64,000 nucleotides of DNA from an uncultured Candidatus Poseidoniales archaeon. Lineage in GTDB: Archaea; Thermoplasmatota; Poseidoniia; Poseidoniales; Poseidoniaceae. Positions 8,198 to 17,291 of the stretch are shown here, in pieces. The DNA lies in NCBI GenBank assembly GCA_905182125.1, contig CAJJAV010000011.1, positions 9,934 to 73,933 of the forward strand, read 5' to 3'. Both the position numbers and the translations under genes were made by a program. Within the stretch, counting starts at the first letter, position 1; each line of letters starts with the position of its first letter. The notes under the pieces were generated by a model. It searched no databases. It was not told where the DNA came from and saw only the letters and a list, made by a program, of their open reading frames with translations.

Positions 8198-10720
8198 TCA
8201 CTCGTCTTCGTCTTTGCCTTCTTCCGCCTTGTTAATCTTGAGCGGGGTCATTCGACGAAGCGGTGTGAGCGTGGTTGTGGAGGCTTTCTCCTCATCCACA
8301 GTCTCTGCTTTGGCCTTTTCTCGATTGATGTTTGGTGGAGCACCGCGGGACTTTTTCGGCACCAGTTGCTTTGGCACAGGCGTGAGCAAAGCGGTCTTCA
8401 CCGTTTCAGGTTCACCAGCAGCCGTCAACACAGTGGTGATTGGGCGCATAACAGCAGTTTCTTCATCTGCAGCGGCAGGTTCGTCGACGATTGTTTGCAC
8501 TGCATCGATCTCTTGGGCCACAGCTGCCTCCAACTCTGCTGTTGATTCTGGAACCGACTCTTCGATGATCGGTGTTTCGACCTCGGAAGCCGGCAAAGGC
8601 ACGTCATCGATTTCAGGTGTTACATTTGGCTGGACCAGCTGTCCTGCAGGTTGCATGGGTGTTCTCACGACCTTGGGCTGAATGGGTTGAACCAGTGTTG
8701 GAGCGCTGTTGGGTCCCAATGGGGATTTGATTGGCTTCACCAGAGGGGTACCTGGCATTGTCAGTGGCTTGGAACTCGAAGGGGCCCGCATACCAGCAAG
8801 TCCCATGCGTGATGGCTGAGGGGCTTGTCCAGCGAGCATGCCACGCATTGGTCGTCCTGCTGCTGCACCAAGTGCATCTGGGCGTGCGCCCAAAGCAGAC
8901 GGATCCATGGTCGCCGATGCTTGGCCTGGGGCGTTTTGACCAGAGATGGATTGCATCCACATCTGTCGCTTCTCGGCACGGGTATCGGTGGATTGGAGTT
9001 CGTTGAATTCAGATTCTCGCGATTGATAATCTTGTTCTGCGTCGTCGAGTTCGCCTTGCACTTGCTTTGTGACTGCGTCTCGCATTTTGTCCTCTGCCAT
9101 TTCCTTGAAGGCGTCCATCTTTTCAGTGAGCCCTTGCAAACGGTTGCGGATTTCTGCACGCTTGAGGCCGAGTTGGGCTTCGATCTCAGCACGAATGTGG
9201 GCCTCCCGCTTTCGAACATCGATGAGGGCTTTGTTACGCATGATTTCTTCACGCTTGTCGAGTTGACGCTCGAGTTGAACCGCCACTTCCTCTTGCTTGC
9301 GTTCCCTGAAGGTGTTGAGACGTTCTTCCATGTCAACTTCGAGTTCGAGGGAGGTTTCTTCCTTGAGCATGTCCAAGTCGGTTTCGAACGTCAAACGCTC
9401 ATTGCGCAATCCTGCATCCACTTCAGACATGATGGCTTTGCGAGCTGATGCTTCACGGGATTGGAATTCGAGTTCGAGGCGTTCGGACCAATCGATCTTC
9501 TTCGAATCATACTGATCTTCAAGCTGCGTTCGTAGTTCTGCTTCTCGTTCGTAGCGGAACCTTGCGAGGCGGTTTTGGATTTCTGCCTCTCTTGCACTTC
9601 GGTAGGAGGTAAACTCTTCATCCATACGGTGTTCAAGTTCGACTTCCACATCGGATTTGAGCGTTCGAGAGATGTCATCGATTGCTTTGGAGAAGGTAAT
9701 ATCGTACTTTTCCCGTAGCCTTGACTTCCGTTCAGCAAGTCGTTCTGAATGACGTGCTTGGAGTTGCGCCTCGATTTCAACACGAAGTTCATCACGGCGT
9801 CGAGCGATAGCGAGTTCAATATCTTCGCGCATTCGTTCTTCGAGATCATCGGTTTCTTGACGAAGTCGTCCTTCCAGTTCTGATTGCAGTTGTTCGGCAA
9901 TGTCCTCTTCCAAGCGAAGGCTGCGACGTTCGTATTCGGACTTCAAACGTGCTTCTCTCTGCTTAAGACGAGTGCGCAATTGTTGCTCAAGACGGGTACG
10001 AATACCGCGACGGAGTTGTTCTTCTCTTTCCGCTAGACGGGCGCTGTGGCCTTCTTCTAACCGGGAGATTTCACTGGTTTCCATTTCGGTGAACCGGTGT
10101 TCCATTTCATCATGGATATCGGCTTCAATCTCCCGAATCCGATGTTGGAGTTGTTGGTTGAAATCGAGCGAAAGTCGTTCCTTTTGAATGTCGAGACGCT
10201 GTCGGTGCTCATCGTGAAGTTGAGCCTCGATTTGGGCTTTGAGTTGATCTCGATGTTCGTCAAGTCGACGGTCTTGTTCAACTTCAAACTGGTCACGCAT
10301 GGCATCCAATTGACGGTTGAGTCGGAGATCGAGTTCACTGCGCATGCGGGATTCTTCACGAGCAAGAGCGTCATGCTCAAGCATGCTCAAATCCTGTTCC
10401 ATAGCTTCCCGCATTTCTTTTTCGAGTTGATCCAGGGTCAGTTCGTGTTGAACCGCAAGGTCAGCTGCAAGAGCTTCTTGCATGACTGAGACGCGTTCGG
10501 TGATCGCTTGTTGACGCAGGCGGCGTTCACGACGTAAATCGGCACGAAGGCGCTCCTCTTGTCGGAATCGAGCAGACGTCATTGTTGCTTGGTCGAGGGA
10601 ACTGGTCGGCGTTGAAGTGAATTGTGAACGGAGGGCTGAAAGCGCGACTGTGTCCGCATTTTCACGCTTCTTGCGTGCTGCATCGAGTACCTCAGTACTC
10701 TTGCTTGCGCTCGGTATCAT
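8198..10720 (-). CDS. 840-aa repetitive coiled-coil protein (no P-loop, no TM) with Pro/Gln/Ala-rich C-terminal region
   Basis: About 600 aa of highly charged heptad-like sequence (ERLRADLRRERRLRQQ..., recurring module ..R.EIEAQL.. at least 3 times). This is followed by about 230 aa of low-complexity P/A/Q/M/G (APGQASATMDPSALGARPDALG...VQPIQPKVVRTPMQPAGQLVQPNV) and an acidic end EEGKDEDE. No Walker A is present, so this is not an SMC/Rad50 head. Confidence 0.5.
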   Translation of the reverse strand: MIPSASKSTEVLDAARKKRENADTVALSALRSQFTSTPTSSLDQATMTSARFRQEERLRADLRRERRLRQQAITERVSVMQEALAADLAVQHELTLDQLEKEMREAMEQDLSMLEHDALAREESRMRSELDLRLNRQLDAMRDQFEVEQDRRLDEHRDQLKAQIEAQLHDEHRQRLDIQKERLSLDFNQQLQHRIREIEADIHDEMEHRFTEMETSEISRLEEGHSARLAEREEQLRRGIRTRLEQQLRTRLKQREARLKSEYERRSLRLEEDIAEQLQSELEGRLRQETDDLEERMREDIELAIARRRDELRVEIEAQLQARHSERLAERKSRLREKYDITFSKAIDDISRTLKSDVEVELEHRMDEEFTSYRSAREAEIQNRLARFRYEREAELRTQLEDQYDSKKIDWSERLELEFQSREASARKAIMSEVDAGLRNERLTFETDLDMLKEETSLELEVDMEERLNTFRERKQEEVAVQLERQLDKREEIMRNKALIDVRKREAHIRAEIEAQLGLKRAEIRNRLQGLTEKMDAFKEMAEDKMRDAVTKQVQGELDDAEQDYQSRESEFNELQSTDTRAEKRQMWMQSISGQNAPGQASATMDPSALGARPDALGAAAGRPMRGMLAGQAPQPSRMGLAGMRAPSSSKPLTMPGTPLVKPIKSPLGPNSAPTLVQPIQPKVVRTPMQPAGQLVQPNVTPEIDDVPLPASEVETPIIEESVPESTAELEAAVAQEIDAVQTIVDEPAAADEETAVMRPITTVLTAAGEPETVKTALLTPVPKQLVPKKSRGAPPNINREKAKAETVDEEKASTTTLTPLRRMTPLKINKAEEGKDEDE

Positions 10721-10873
10721 CGTATCCCATCCAGTCTTTCATGCCCGTCTCATCATAGATAAGGAGCGCGACGAGCGAGGGCCGCAACAAGGCGTTTTTG
10801 CGGGGGTTTTTTGCCGACCAAACAATTGTCGAGCGGCATCAATGCAGATGGAGAAAGCGCTTACAATCCGTGC

Positions 10874-11266
10874 TCAGAACTTGACGGTAAAGGCGGTGCT
10901 GCAGGCTGGACAATCGATTCTTCGAGCACCAGGTTTCCTCTTCATACGCAATTGACGGTCGCAACCTGGGCACGTAATTTCCACTTTGGGGGTGTTTGGT
11001 GTGAGGGTGAAGTGGTGGGTGCATGAGGCACACTTGAGATGGGCTGGTCGCTTGTCAACGCCAACGATCAGCACTTTGCCACATTCAGGGCAACCGACTT
11101 TTTCTTCCTTCCACTTGCGACGGGTGATCGGGTGATCGATTCGAACCTTAGCAGAGCAAAGGGTGCATTGTAAATCGCCGAGACCGCTTGGCAACATGCC
11201 TTCGCATTTAGGACAACTAAGGGCCGGTGGTGCGACACGAGATTCAACGGTTGACTCTTCGCTCAT
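10874..11266 (-). CDS. triple zinc-ribbon protein (three CxxC...CxxC knuckle pairs)
   Basis: CPKCEG...CTLCSAKV; CPECGKV...CASCTHHF; CPGCDRQ...CPACSTAF over 130 aa. Confidence 0.55.
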   Translation of the reverse strand: MSEESTVESRVAPPALSCPKCEGMLPSGLGDLQCTLCSAKVRIDHPITRRKWKEEKVGCPECGKVLIVGVDKRPAHLKCASCTHHFTLTPNTPKVEITCPGCDRQLRMKRKPGARRIDCPACSTAFTVKF

Positions 11267-11314
11267 GGACTCGCCTCTGTGTCTTTGTTCTTGATTTCTT
11301 GCACTCTGGGCAAC

Positions 11315-11821
11315 TCAGCGTTTCTTTGCAATAAGGACGATGCTCTCTGGCAGAAAGTTCCACGGTAGATCGAGAATGATGCCATGTTGTTGGGCCAACA
11401 CTTCGAGCATTTTCTTTGCACCGACTTGATCCCTCGACCCGCCCAGTTGAATCACACGAACATCGCCACCGGCATCAACTGCGCTTTGTACCGCTGCTGG
11501 CACAGAGCCACCGGAACTCAATGCCTGACGATTGACGGAGGTTGCGCTCTGAGTGCCTGGCGAGGCATGAAGGAGTTCTGGAAGTTCGACCTTGGCAGAA
11601 ACCCGCCACCATCGTGCCCTTCCTTGATCTCGATGGTTCTCCACCAAACCGAGCGAAGCGAGTTTTTTCATGTGATGGTAGAGGTTGTAGCGGTCGACTT
11701 CGAGTTGAGTTTCAATTTGCACAGTGCTGAGCTCTTCTGCATGTGAGAGCGCAAGGTAGACTGCGCGACGGGTGGGGTGCGCAAGTGCGGTCGTGACAGG
11801 GTCTGCTCGTACTCTGGCCAT
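11315..11821 (-). CDS. ArsR-family winged-helix transcriptional regulator with C-terminal extension (probable metal-responsive regulator of the downstream ATPase)
   Basis: LAHPTRRAVYLALSHAEELSTVQIETQLEVDRYNLYHHMKKLASLGLV matches the ArsR/SmtB HTH. It is co-oriented with and directly upstream of the P1B ATPase. Confidence 0.6.
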   Translation of the reverse strand: MARVRADPVTTALAHPTRRAVYLALSHAEELSTVQIETQLEVDRYNLYHHMKKLASLGLVENHRDQGRARWWRVSAKVELPELLHASPGTQSATSVNRQALSSGGSVPAAVQSAVDAGGDVRVIQLGGSRDQVGAKKMLEVLAQQHGIILDLPWNFLPESIVLIAKKR

Positions 11822-11879
11822 ATGCTCACCGTTTGGGAAGAGTCGACTCTATGGTTTGAAGATGTCGCGTCAAATGGGC

Positions 11880-14804
11880 CTAGGAAGCAAGTCGTTCTCG
11901 TAACAACGTGAAGGATGTTTTTGTATCGCGCCACAGCGAAATGAAGATGTTCTTCAAGAGCGAGAGACCGCCGTCAGAACCTGCCAAACGTGCTCCATTG
12001 AGGATGACAAGAATCACAGAGGCTTCGTGAATCAGAACCCCCACCCACAATTCATCGTACATCTGATTGATGACCGCCCCTACCAGTGCCAATGTGATGC
12101 CAACTGTGATGACAAGATTGCCGATTAAGATGCGTTGGGCGCGACGGGCGAGGTCGATTAATTCGGTCAGCATTTGAGGGTCATCGCCCGGTATGAGCAC
12201 ATCGGCTGCCTCGAGATTGACTGTTTCTCCACTCCCAACAGCGACCCCTACATCTGCGACAGCAAGTGCTGCTGCGTCATTAAAGCCGTCACCAACCATC
12301 ATTGTGATTTTTGTGTCTGAACGGTTCTTGACCCATTCGACCTTTTGTTCAGGTGAGAGACCACCATGGGCCGAGGCTTCGGGTAACCCAACACTCTTTG
12401 CAAATGCATGCACTGCTGACTGATTGTCGCCAGATAGAATTTCAACACTGATCCCACGTTCAAACAAAGAAGAAATCAGTGTAGCGCTGCCATCCCTTGT
12501 ATCGTCGTGAATGAAGCTGAACAAGGCAAGTGCTTCACCGTCCCTGGTAAGCAAACTGGCCCCATGCCCCTTTGATTCAACATCAGCATAGGCCTGTGCA
12601 AGTTCCTTTCCAACGGTGATGCTGAGGTCCTTGAAGCGGTCATAGCGAATGAAGGCTATTTCCTTTCCAGCGACTTTTCCAAGGACGCCTGCTTCAATGT
12701 CAGCAAGAGCATTGACCTTTGTCGGCTCAAGACCCTGATTGCGAACATAATCCATGACCGAAAGAGCGTAAGGATGCGAAGATCGGGCCTCCAAACCGGC
12801 TGCCAACTTCAGTGCGATGTCTTTTCGTTTACCTTTCGCAAACACGACTGTACCGACCCTTGGTTTCCCAGATGTCAATGTGCCTGTTTTGTCAAGCAAG
12901 ATGTGATTGACTTTCGAAAGCCGTTCGATGACATCCCCGCCGCGGGCGATGGCCCCTATGTGGGCTGAGCGTGCCAACGCTGCTGCGTGTGGTACTGGGG
13001 TTGCCAAGAGCAAAGCGCAAGGACAGGCAACAACCCAGATCAGGAGAATAATTTTCCAGTCATCCGGGAACATAGCCCACCAAATAACAAAGGCCCCGAA
13101 CAAAACCACGGGCACCCATATCGCCGTGAAACGTTCGATGAGGTTATGCAACCGTGGCGGCTCCTCGCGGAAGGTGTGAACCGCCTCGATGAGGCCTGAC
13201 AAACGAGTGTCCTCGCCAACTGCTGAAACCTCAATCACAACAGGACCTCGTGCGAGCACGAGGCCTGCTTGAATTTCGTCACCTTCGGAAATTTCGACTG
13301 GGACGGATTCTCCGGTAAGAGGGGCCTTGTCCAAAGCCCCGTAGCCTTCGACGACCTTTCCATCTGCTGGAATCAGTTCCCCACTTCGAATTTCTATTTT
13401 GTCCCCTTTCCTTACAAGTTCAATGGGCACTTCCTCGTATTCCGCATTGGGGTCGGGTAGGGCACAACCATCGGCACCTAACAACGGAGCAGGCGCAGCC
13501 ATGGACAAAGAAAACGTCCCAGATGATACGGCCGAGGCAATACCAGTCTTCGATGACGAGACCCCTGTGAGTTTACGTGCTTTTCTCGGCAGTCGATCAA
13601 GACCGCCCTGCATGGCATTTCGTGCCTGAAGCAGCGCATCGCCTTCGAGATGAGCGGTGAAAGCGACCAGTATTGCGACGATCAACGCTTCCTCCCACAT
13701 ACCGAGACTGGCTGCACCGATCACAGCCAGACTGGTCAGAACTTGGAACCCCATTTGCCGATTGACTAAACTTGCAAACGCTTCTTTGAACATTTGACTG
13801 CCGCCGATGATCAACCCCGGAATGGCGATGACGCCGAGCAGTGCGTGGGGCCATCCCAGAATTTCTCCTAAGATGACGACGGCCAAAATCGGCAAGGCGA
13901 TACCACCGCCGATCAAACGCCATTGGTCAGGCCGAATCCGATTCGAGGTTGCAGGAATCAAGTTGACTGGCGAACCTGTGATGCGTTCAAGAGCCATGTT
14001 GCGCTTGTCCAAAAGTTCGGCCGATGCGTCAGGTGCGAGTTGAATGATAATTCGATCGTCGTCGCTTAGTTCAACATCCAGGACACCTGGTTGCTGCCGG
14101 AACAATTTGGTGAGCTTTCGGCGTTCGATTCCATTCCGAGTTGCAACTGCAGATGCTTTGACTCCTGAGAGTTCGAGGTGATCCACATCTGGAGCATGCC
14201 CGAGGGAACGCAGCACGGAGGAAACCTCCGCTACATGGCCATATTCTAAATCAACCTTGAATCGAACCGTGCCTGCCGTCGCTGAAACATGGATATCGTT
14301 GGCTTGATGCAATGTATCAAGCGCCCGAGTCGCCTTGCTAGCGCAATCCGGACAATCCATTCCAAGGAGAGGCCAACCGAGTTCATACGTACCAGTGGCT
14401 TGCTCAACGATGACGGCGTCAATGACTTCTGCATCCAAGACTTGTCCCCCCGCAGTTTGAGCCGCCTTTTTTGAGGGCTGCTTTTTCTTAGAAACTTGCT
14501 TTTTGGCAGGTTTCGATGGCTTGGGTGCGGAGGTTTCTTCCTCAAGGGAAAGGAAGACTTCGTCATCTCCCTTCCTAGCCATGGCTAACGGGGGAACGCC
14601 GCCCCAATTAATGCCTATGCCGAAGTACGAACCGGAGAGGGGCCATCCCACGGGTTCAGAGACCGGCCTTAGGTGTCGTAAAACTCCAGTTCCCGCAACC
14701 ACAGCCACTGGTTTGACAGGAAGGCCCTGTTGGCTTGGCAACAACCTCCCTGTGTTTTTCTTTTTGGCTGTACGGAGGTTCATGTTTTTCGGTCTGCCCA
14801 CCAT
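11880..14804 (-). CDS. heavy-metal translocating P1B-type ATPase (CopA/ZntA-like) with N-terminal HMA domain
   Basis: GMDCPDCASKA (HMA CxxC), TM6 CPC (VVACPCALLLATP), DKTGTLT phosphorylation motif, TGES actuator (APLTGESVP), MVGDGFNDAAAL hinge. An alternative internal start MARKGDD lies near 14582. However, an AT-rich TATA-like element sits immediately upstream of the ATG at 14804, which favours the long leaderless form. Confidence 0.9.
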   Translation of the reverse strand: MVGRPKNMNLRTAKKKNTGRLLPSQQGLPVKPVAVVAGTGVLRHLRPVSEPVGWPLSGSYFGIGINWGGVPPLAMARKGDDEVFLSLEEETSAPKPSKPAKKQVSKKKQPSKKAAQTAGGQVLDAEVIDAVIVEQATGTYELGWPLLGMDCPDCASKATRALDTLHQANDIHVSATAGTVRFKVDLEYGHVAEVSSVLRSLGHAPDVDHLELSGVKASAVATRNGIERRKLTKLFRQQPGVLDVELSDDDRIIIQLAPDASAELLDKRNMALERITGSPVNLIPATSNRIRPDQWRLIGGGIALPILAVVILGEILGWPHALLGVIAIPGLIIGGSQMFKEAFASLVNRQMGFQVLTSLAVIGAASLGMWEEALIVAILVAFTAHLEGDALLQARNAMQGGLDRLPRKARKLTGVSSSKTGIASAVSSGTFSLSMAAPAPLLGADGCALPDPNAEYEEVPIELVRKGDKIEIRSGELIPADGKVVEGYGALDKAPLTGESVPVEISEGDEIQAGLVLARGPVVIEVSAVGEDTRLSGLIEAVHTFREEPPRLHNLIERFTAIWVPVVLFGAFVIWWAMFPDDWKIILLIWVVACPCALLLATPVPHAAALARSAHIGAIARGGDVIERLSKVNHILLDKTGTLTSGKPRVGTVVFAKGKRKDIALKLAAGLEARSSHPYALSVMDYVRNQGLEPTKVNALADIEAGVLGKVAGKEIAFIRYDRFKDLSITVGKELAQAYADVESKGHGASLLTRDGEALALFSFIHDDTRDGSATLISSLFERGISVEILSGDNQSAVHAFAKSVGLPEASAHGGLSPEQKVEWVKNRSDTKITMMVGDGFNDAAALAVADVGVAVGSGETVNLEAADVLIPGDDPQMLTELIDLARRAQRILIGNLVITVGITLALVGAVINQMYDELWVGVLIHEASVILVILNGARLAGSDGGLSLLKNIFISLWRDTKTSFTLLRERLAS

Positions 14805-14807
14805 CAG

Positions 14808-14872
14808 AGTAACATTTCAAAGTAAAATAATATAATCGACATCAGCTCTTAATAATTAAAATCCAAGATTAG
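14808..14872. promoter_or_regulatory. AT-rich divergent promoter region (TATA-like ATTATATTATTTTAC on minus strand about 25-30 nt from ATPase ATG; AATAATTAAAA on plus strand toward pgp)
   Basis: This is the only strongly AT-rich island in the window. It lies between two divergently transcribed genes, and the spacing fits leaderless archaeal transcripts. Confidence 0.4.
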
Positions 14873-14933
14873 GATGATGGCCCGCCCCTGTATGAATGCG
14901 AATCTTTAGGGCTACTTCTTTCCTCGCAAGTTC

Positions 14934-15659
14934 ATGCAGTGGCTTCCCGAAGGTTGGCGACCAAAGGTTGTCGCTGTCGATATCGATGGCACCCTCACGG
15001 ACGGGAAAAAACAACTGGACACCGGTGCAGTTGAATCACTGCGAAGGCTTGAGGCTGCAGGAATACCGGTTGTGTTGGCTACCGGGAACGTACGCGCCAT
15101 CACCTATGGACTCTGGCGTTTTCTCAATTTGAGCGGTCCAATTTGTTGTGAAAACGGTGGTGTTCTTTGGCACAAATCTTGGGATGGGCCCATCGTACGC
15201 GCTGATGGCAAGGAAGCGAAGAAGGCTGCTGAGTGGCTATCTGAAGTTATTGAAGGCCTTGACTCAGGTGGAATCCAAACCAATGATTGGCGTGAAAGCG
15301 AATGGTGCTTGTTTCCCGATGAAGATCTTGCTGCTGTTCAACAGCACATTCAGGCCAGTGAATGGTCCCATCTTTCCGTAGTCCGTACTGGCTTTGCAAT
15401 CCATTTGATGGAACCGCACCTCTCAAAAGGAACTGGATTGGAGGTCATGTTCGAAAAAATGGGCTGGGCGGCGAGTGATTTGCTTTGTGTTGGGGATGCC
15501 CCTAATGATTTGCCAATGTTTGATTTTGCTCATTGGTCAGTTGCGGTCGGTGGCGCGTTTGAAAGCGTCAATGATGCTGCTGATGTCATATCTCCGTTCC
15601 CACACGGAGCCACGTTCACGCCCCTCGTCGATGCTATTTTGCAGGCAAAGGAAATCTGA
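14934..15659 (+). CDS. pgp: phosphoglycolate phosphatase, archaeal HAD-superfamily (Cof-like)
   Basis: VVAVDIDGTLTDGKKQLD (DxDGT motif I), VLATGN (motif II), GFAIHLM, K..GLEV, CVGDAPNDLPMF (motif IV). The length and order match archaeal PGPases. Confidence 0.8.
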   Translation: MQWLPEGWRPKVVAVDIDGTLTDGKKQLDTGAVESLRRLEAAGIPVVLATGNVRAITYGLWRFLNLSGPICCENGGVLWHKSWDGPIVRADGKEAKKAAEWLSEVIEGLDSGGIQTNDWRESEWCLFPDEDLAAVQQHIQASEWSHLSVVRTGFAIHLMEPHLSKGTGLEVMFEKMGWAASDLLCVGDAPNDLPMFDFAHWSVAVGGAFESVNDAADVISPFPHGATFTPLVDAILQAKEI

Positions 15660-15691
15660 ACCGGCTTGGCTGCCTCAACGTTGGGGCATCT

Positions 15692-15970
15692 TTGAAAAAC
15701 AGCAATTCATATAGTGATTCAATCGATGGGAACATCATGGCTCTGGTATGTAACATCGACGCTGCAGGAAAGGCGGCCCGCCTCAAGGGCGGAATTGTGG
15801 CTACGCTTGGTGGAGTGCTCGTTGGAGCAATCACACTTGCAGAAGTTGTTCAAGGCCCCGTTTGGTGGCTGATCACGGCAGGGGCTCTCTTCGGTGGTGC
15901 CTTTGCAATCTTTGAAGCTCGAGCCGGTTGGTGCGTCGTTCGTGCCATGGGCATTCGAACGCCCTTGTGA
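15692..15970 (+). CDS. small two-TM membrane protein, DUF2892/YgaP-like (probable start at M16, about 15737)
   Basis: LKGGIVATLGGVLVGAITLAEVVQGPVWWLITAGALFGGAFAIFEARAGWCVVRAMGIRTPL resembles the DUF2892 pattern (R..G....G....W...G..L...G.TG.C....LGI.T). Confidence 0.45.
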   Translation: MKNSNSYSDSIDGNIMALVCNIDAAGKAARLKGGIVATLGGVLVGAITLAEVVQGPVWWLITAGALFGGAFAIFEARAGWCVVRAMGIRTPL

Positions 15971-15973
15971 GCA

Positions 15974-17140
15974 TCATTCGTATTCGATGAGCGATTCGTC
16001 CTCATTGCGACGGTGGAAGGCAACGCCAACTAATGTCAGAAGTAAAATCGACTCCAGTCCACTCACAGGTGAGGGAAGCACTTCCGAAATCATTGATTCC
16101 TCTTCAATCAACGACTCGCCGGTGTGCCATTCAAGTGGTTCGTAATCTCCAATCTCGATCATAAACCAGTCCAGATCCCGAGGGAGGGATTCCGTCAGGA
16201 ATTCATGACCTTCTTGATTGACTAAGAAATCATCTTCAATTCGTACACCAAACCAACCGTCGAGGTAAATCCCGGGTTCGATGGTGATCGCATCCCAAAC
16301 GGCGAGGGGTTGTTCATTGTAAGACAGACCAAACAAGGGGTCGTCTGTCCCTCCAGAAAGCAACGGAGGTTCGTGAACACAGATGCCAAAACCATGACCT
16401 AAACTGTGGATGAAGTATTCACCATAGCCTTGCTCTTCAATGTGGGTTCGAGCAATGTCATCGGGCAGCCACGCTGGTGTGCCTGCCTCAATAACTGGGA
16501 AGGTGAGGTTTTGGGCATCATAAACAGCCATGTAGACTTCGATGATTGTTTCATTTGTGGTTGGCCCCACGATGTACGATCGAGTGACGTCGCTGACCCA
16601 ATCGTTCACGCGTGCCCCCAAATCAACCACCACGACATCGCCCACCTGGACAAACGTTGGTCCAGCGCCGTTGTTCTCTGGATCCCCGTGTGGAATCGCG
16701 CCATTGGCGCCACTGGCTACGATGGTATCGAAGCTCTTCCATTCTGGGTTTGAACCGTTTTCTTCCATAGCCCGATCGATTTCTTGGGCTATTTCAAGTT
16801 CCGTGAATTGTTCACCGGAAAGAACACGCCACAGCATGTAACGCGCTGTTTCGTGACCGATGCCGGCCAGTCGAGTCGTTTCTCGGATTGATTCATCTTT
16901 GTCAGGTGAGATGCCGGTTGGTGAGGGGAATTTTCCAACCAGCGCATTTGCTGCTTCTGTCTCACATGCGGATACTGCCGGTGCAAACACCAGCAACCCA
17001 ACCAGAAGAAGAGCAACGCCTCGCATGAAACGACGAGGTGCTACCCCGTCATCAAGTAAACGGGTGCGGTCCCGCTGATTGCATCGCCATTCAAAGGTTG
17101 GTTTCGTTGTCCAAATCAGCGCATGCAGCCGCACAATCAT
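15974..17140 (-). CDS. secreted, C-terminally membrane-anchored M24-family Xaa-Pro aminopeptidase (pita-bread fold). Probable start at MRGVALLL, about 17026.
   Basis: HSLGHGFGICVHEPPLL, ITIEPGIYL, VRIEDDFLV are M24 catalytic motifs with the metal ligands D/D/H/E/E. Signal peptide MRGVALLLVGLLVFAPAVSA. C-terminal hydrophobic helix ILLLTLVGVAF then HRRNE. Confidence 0.75.
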   Translation of the reverse strand: MIVRLHALIWTTKPTFEWRCNQRDRTRLLDDGVAPRRFMRGVALLLVGLLVFAPAVSACETEAANALVGKFPSPTGISPDKDESIRETTRLAGIGHETARYMLWRVLSGEQFTELEIAQEIDRAMEENGSNPEWKSFDTIVASGANGAIPHGDPENNGAGPTFVQVGDVVVVDLGARVNDWVSDVTRSYIVGPTTNETIIEVYMAVYDAQNLTFPVIEAGTPAWLPDDIARTHIEEQGYGEYFIHSLGHGFGICVHEPPLLSGGTDDPLFGLSYNEQPLAVWDAITIEPGIYLDGWFGVRIEDDFLVNQEGHEFLTESLPRDLDWFMIEIGDYEPLEWHTGESLIEEESMISEVLPSPVSGLESILLLTLVGVAFHRRNEDESLIEYE

Positions 17141-17177
17141 GCATAGAAGCGCAGCATGGAATTCCGCTTAGAAGAAG

Positions 17178-17259
17178 TGCCGGGGGCAGGATTCGAACCT
17201 GCGAAGCTTTACGCAGAGGATCTTGAGTCCACCCCCTTTGACCGCTCGGGAACCCCGGC
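17178..17259 (-). tRNA. tRNA-Leu (anticodon CAA), class II with long variable arm, no encoded CCA
   Basis: Reverse complement GCCGGGGTTCCCGAGCGGTCAAAGGGGGTGGACTCAAGATCCTCTGCGTAAAGCTTCGCAGGTTCGAATCCTGCCCCCGGCA. 7-bp acceptor stem GCCGGGG/CCCCGGC, anticodon loop CT-CAA-GA, variable arm CTGCG-TAAAGCTT-CGCAG, T-loop GTTCGAATC. Coordinates are within about 2 nt. Confidence 0.8.
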
Positions 17260-17291
17260 TTGTGTTCTCCGCTCGGACCTCCTGTTCTTGA

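Noticed and set aside
10617-10955. 112-aa plus-strand ORF spanning the coiled-coil gene promoter region
   Set aside because: Overlaps the 5' end of the 840-aa gene and the 3' end of the zinc-ribbon gene on the opposite strand, and has no motif.
17141-17291. tRNA-Leu as an integration site of a mobile element (flanked by a 6.4-kb atypical gene)
   Set aside because: No integrase, direct repeat of the tRNA 3' end, or phage/plasmid genes are detectable on either side. The flanking genes are a peptidase and a cellular surface protein.
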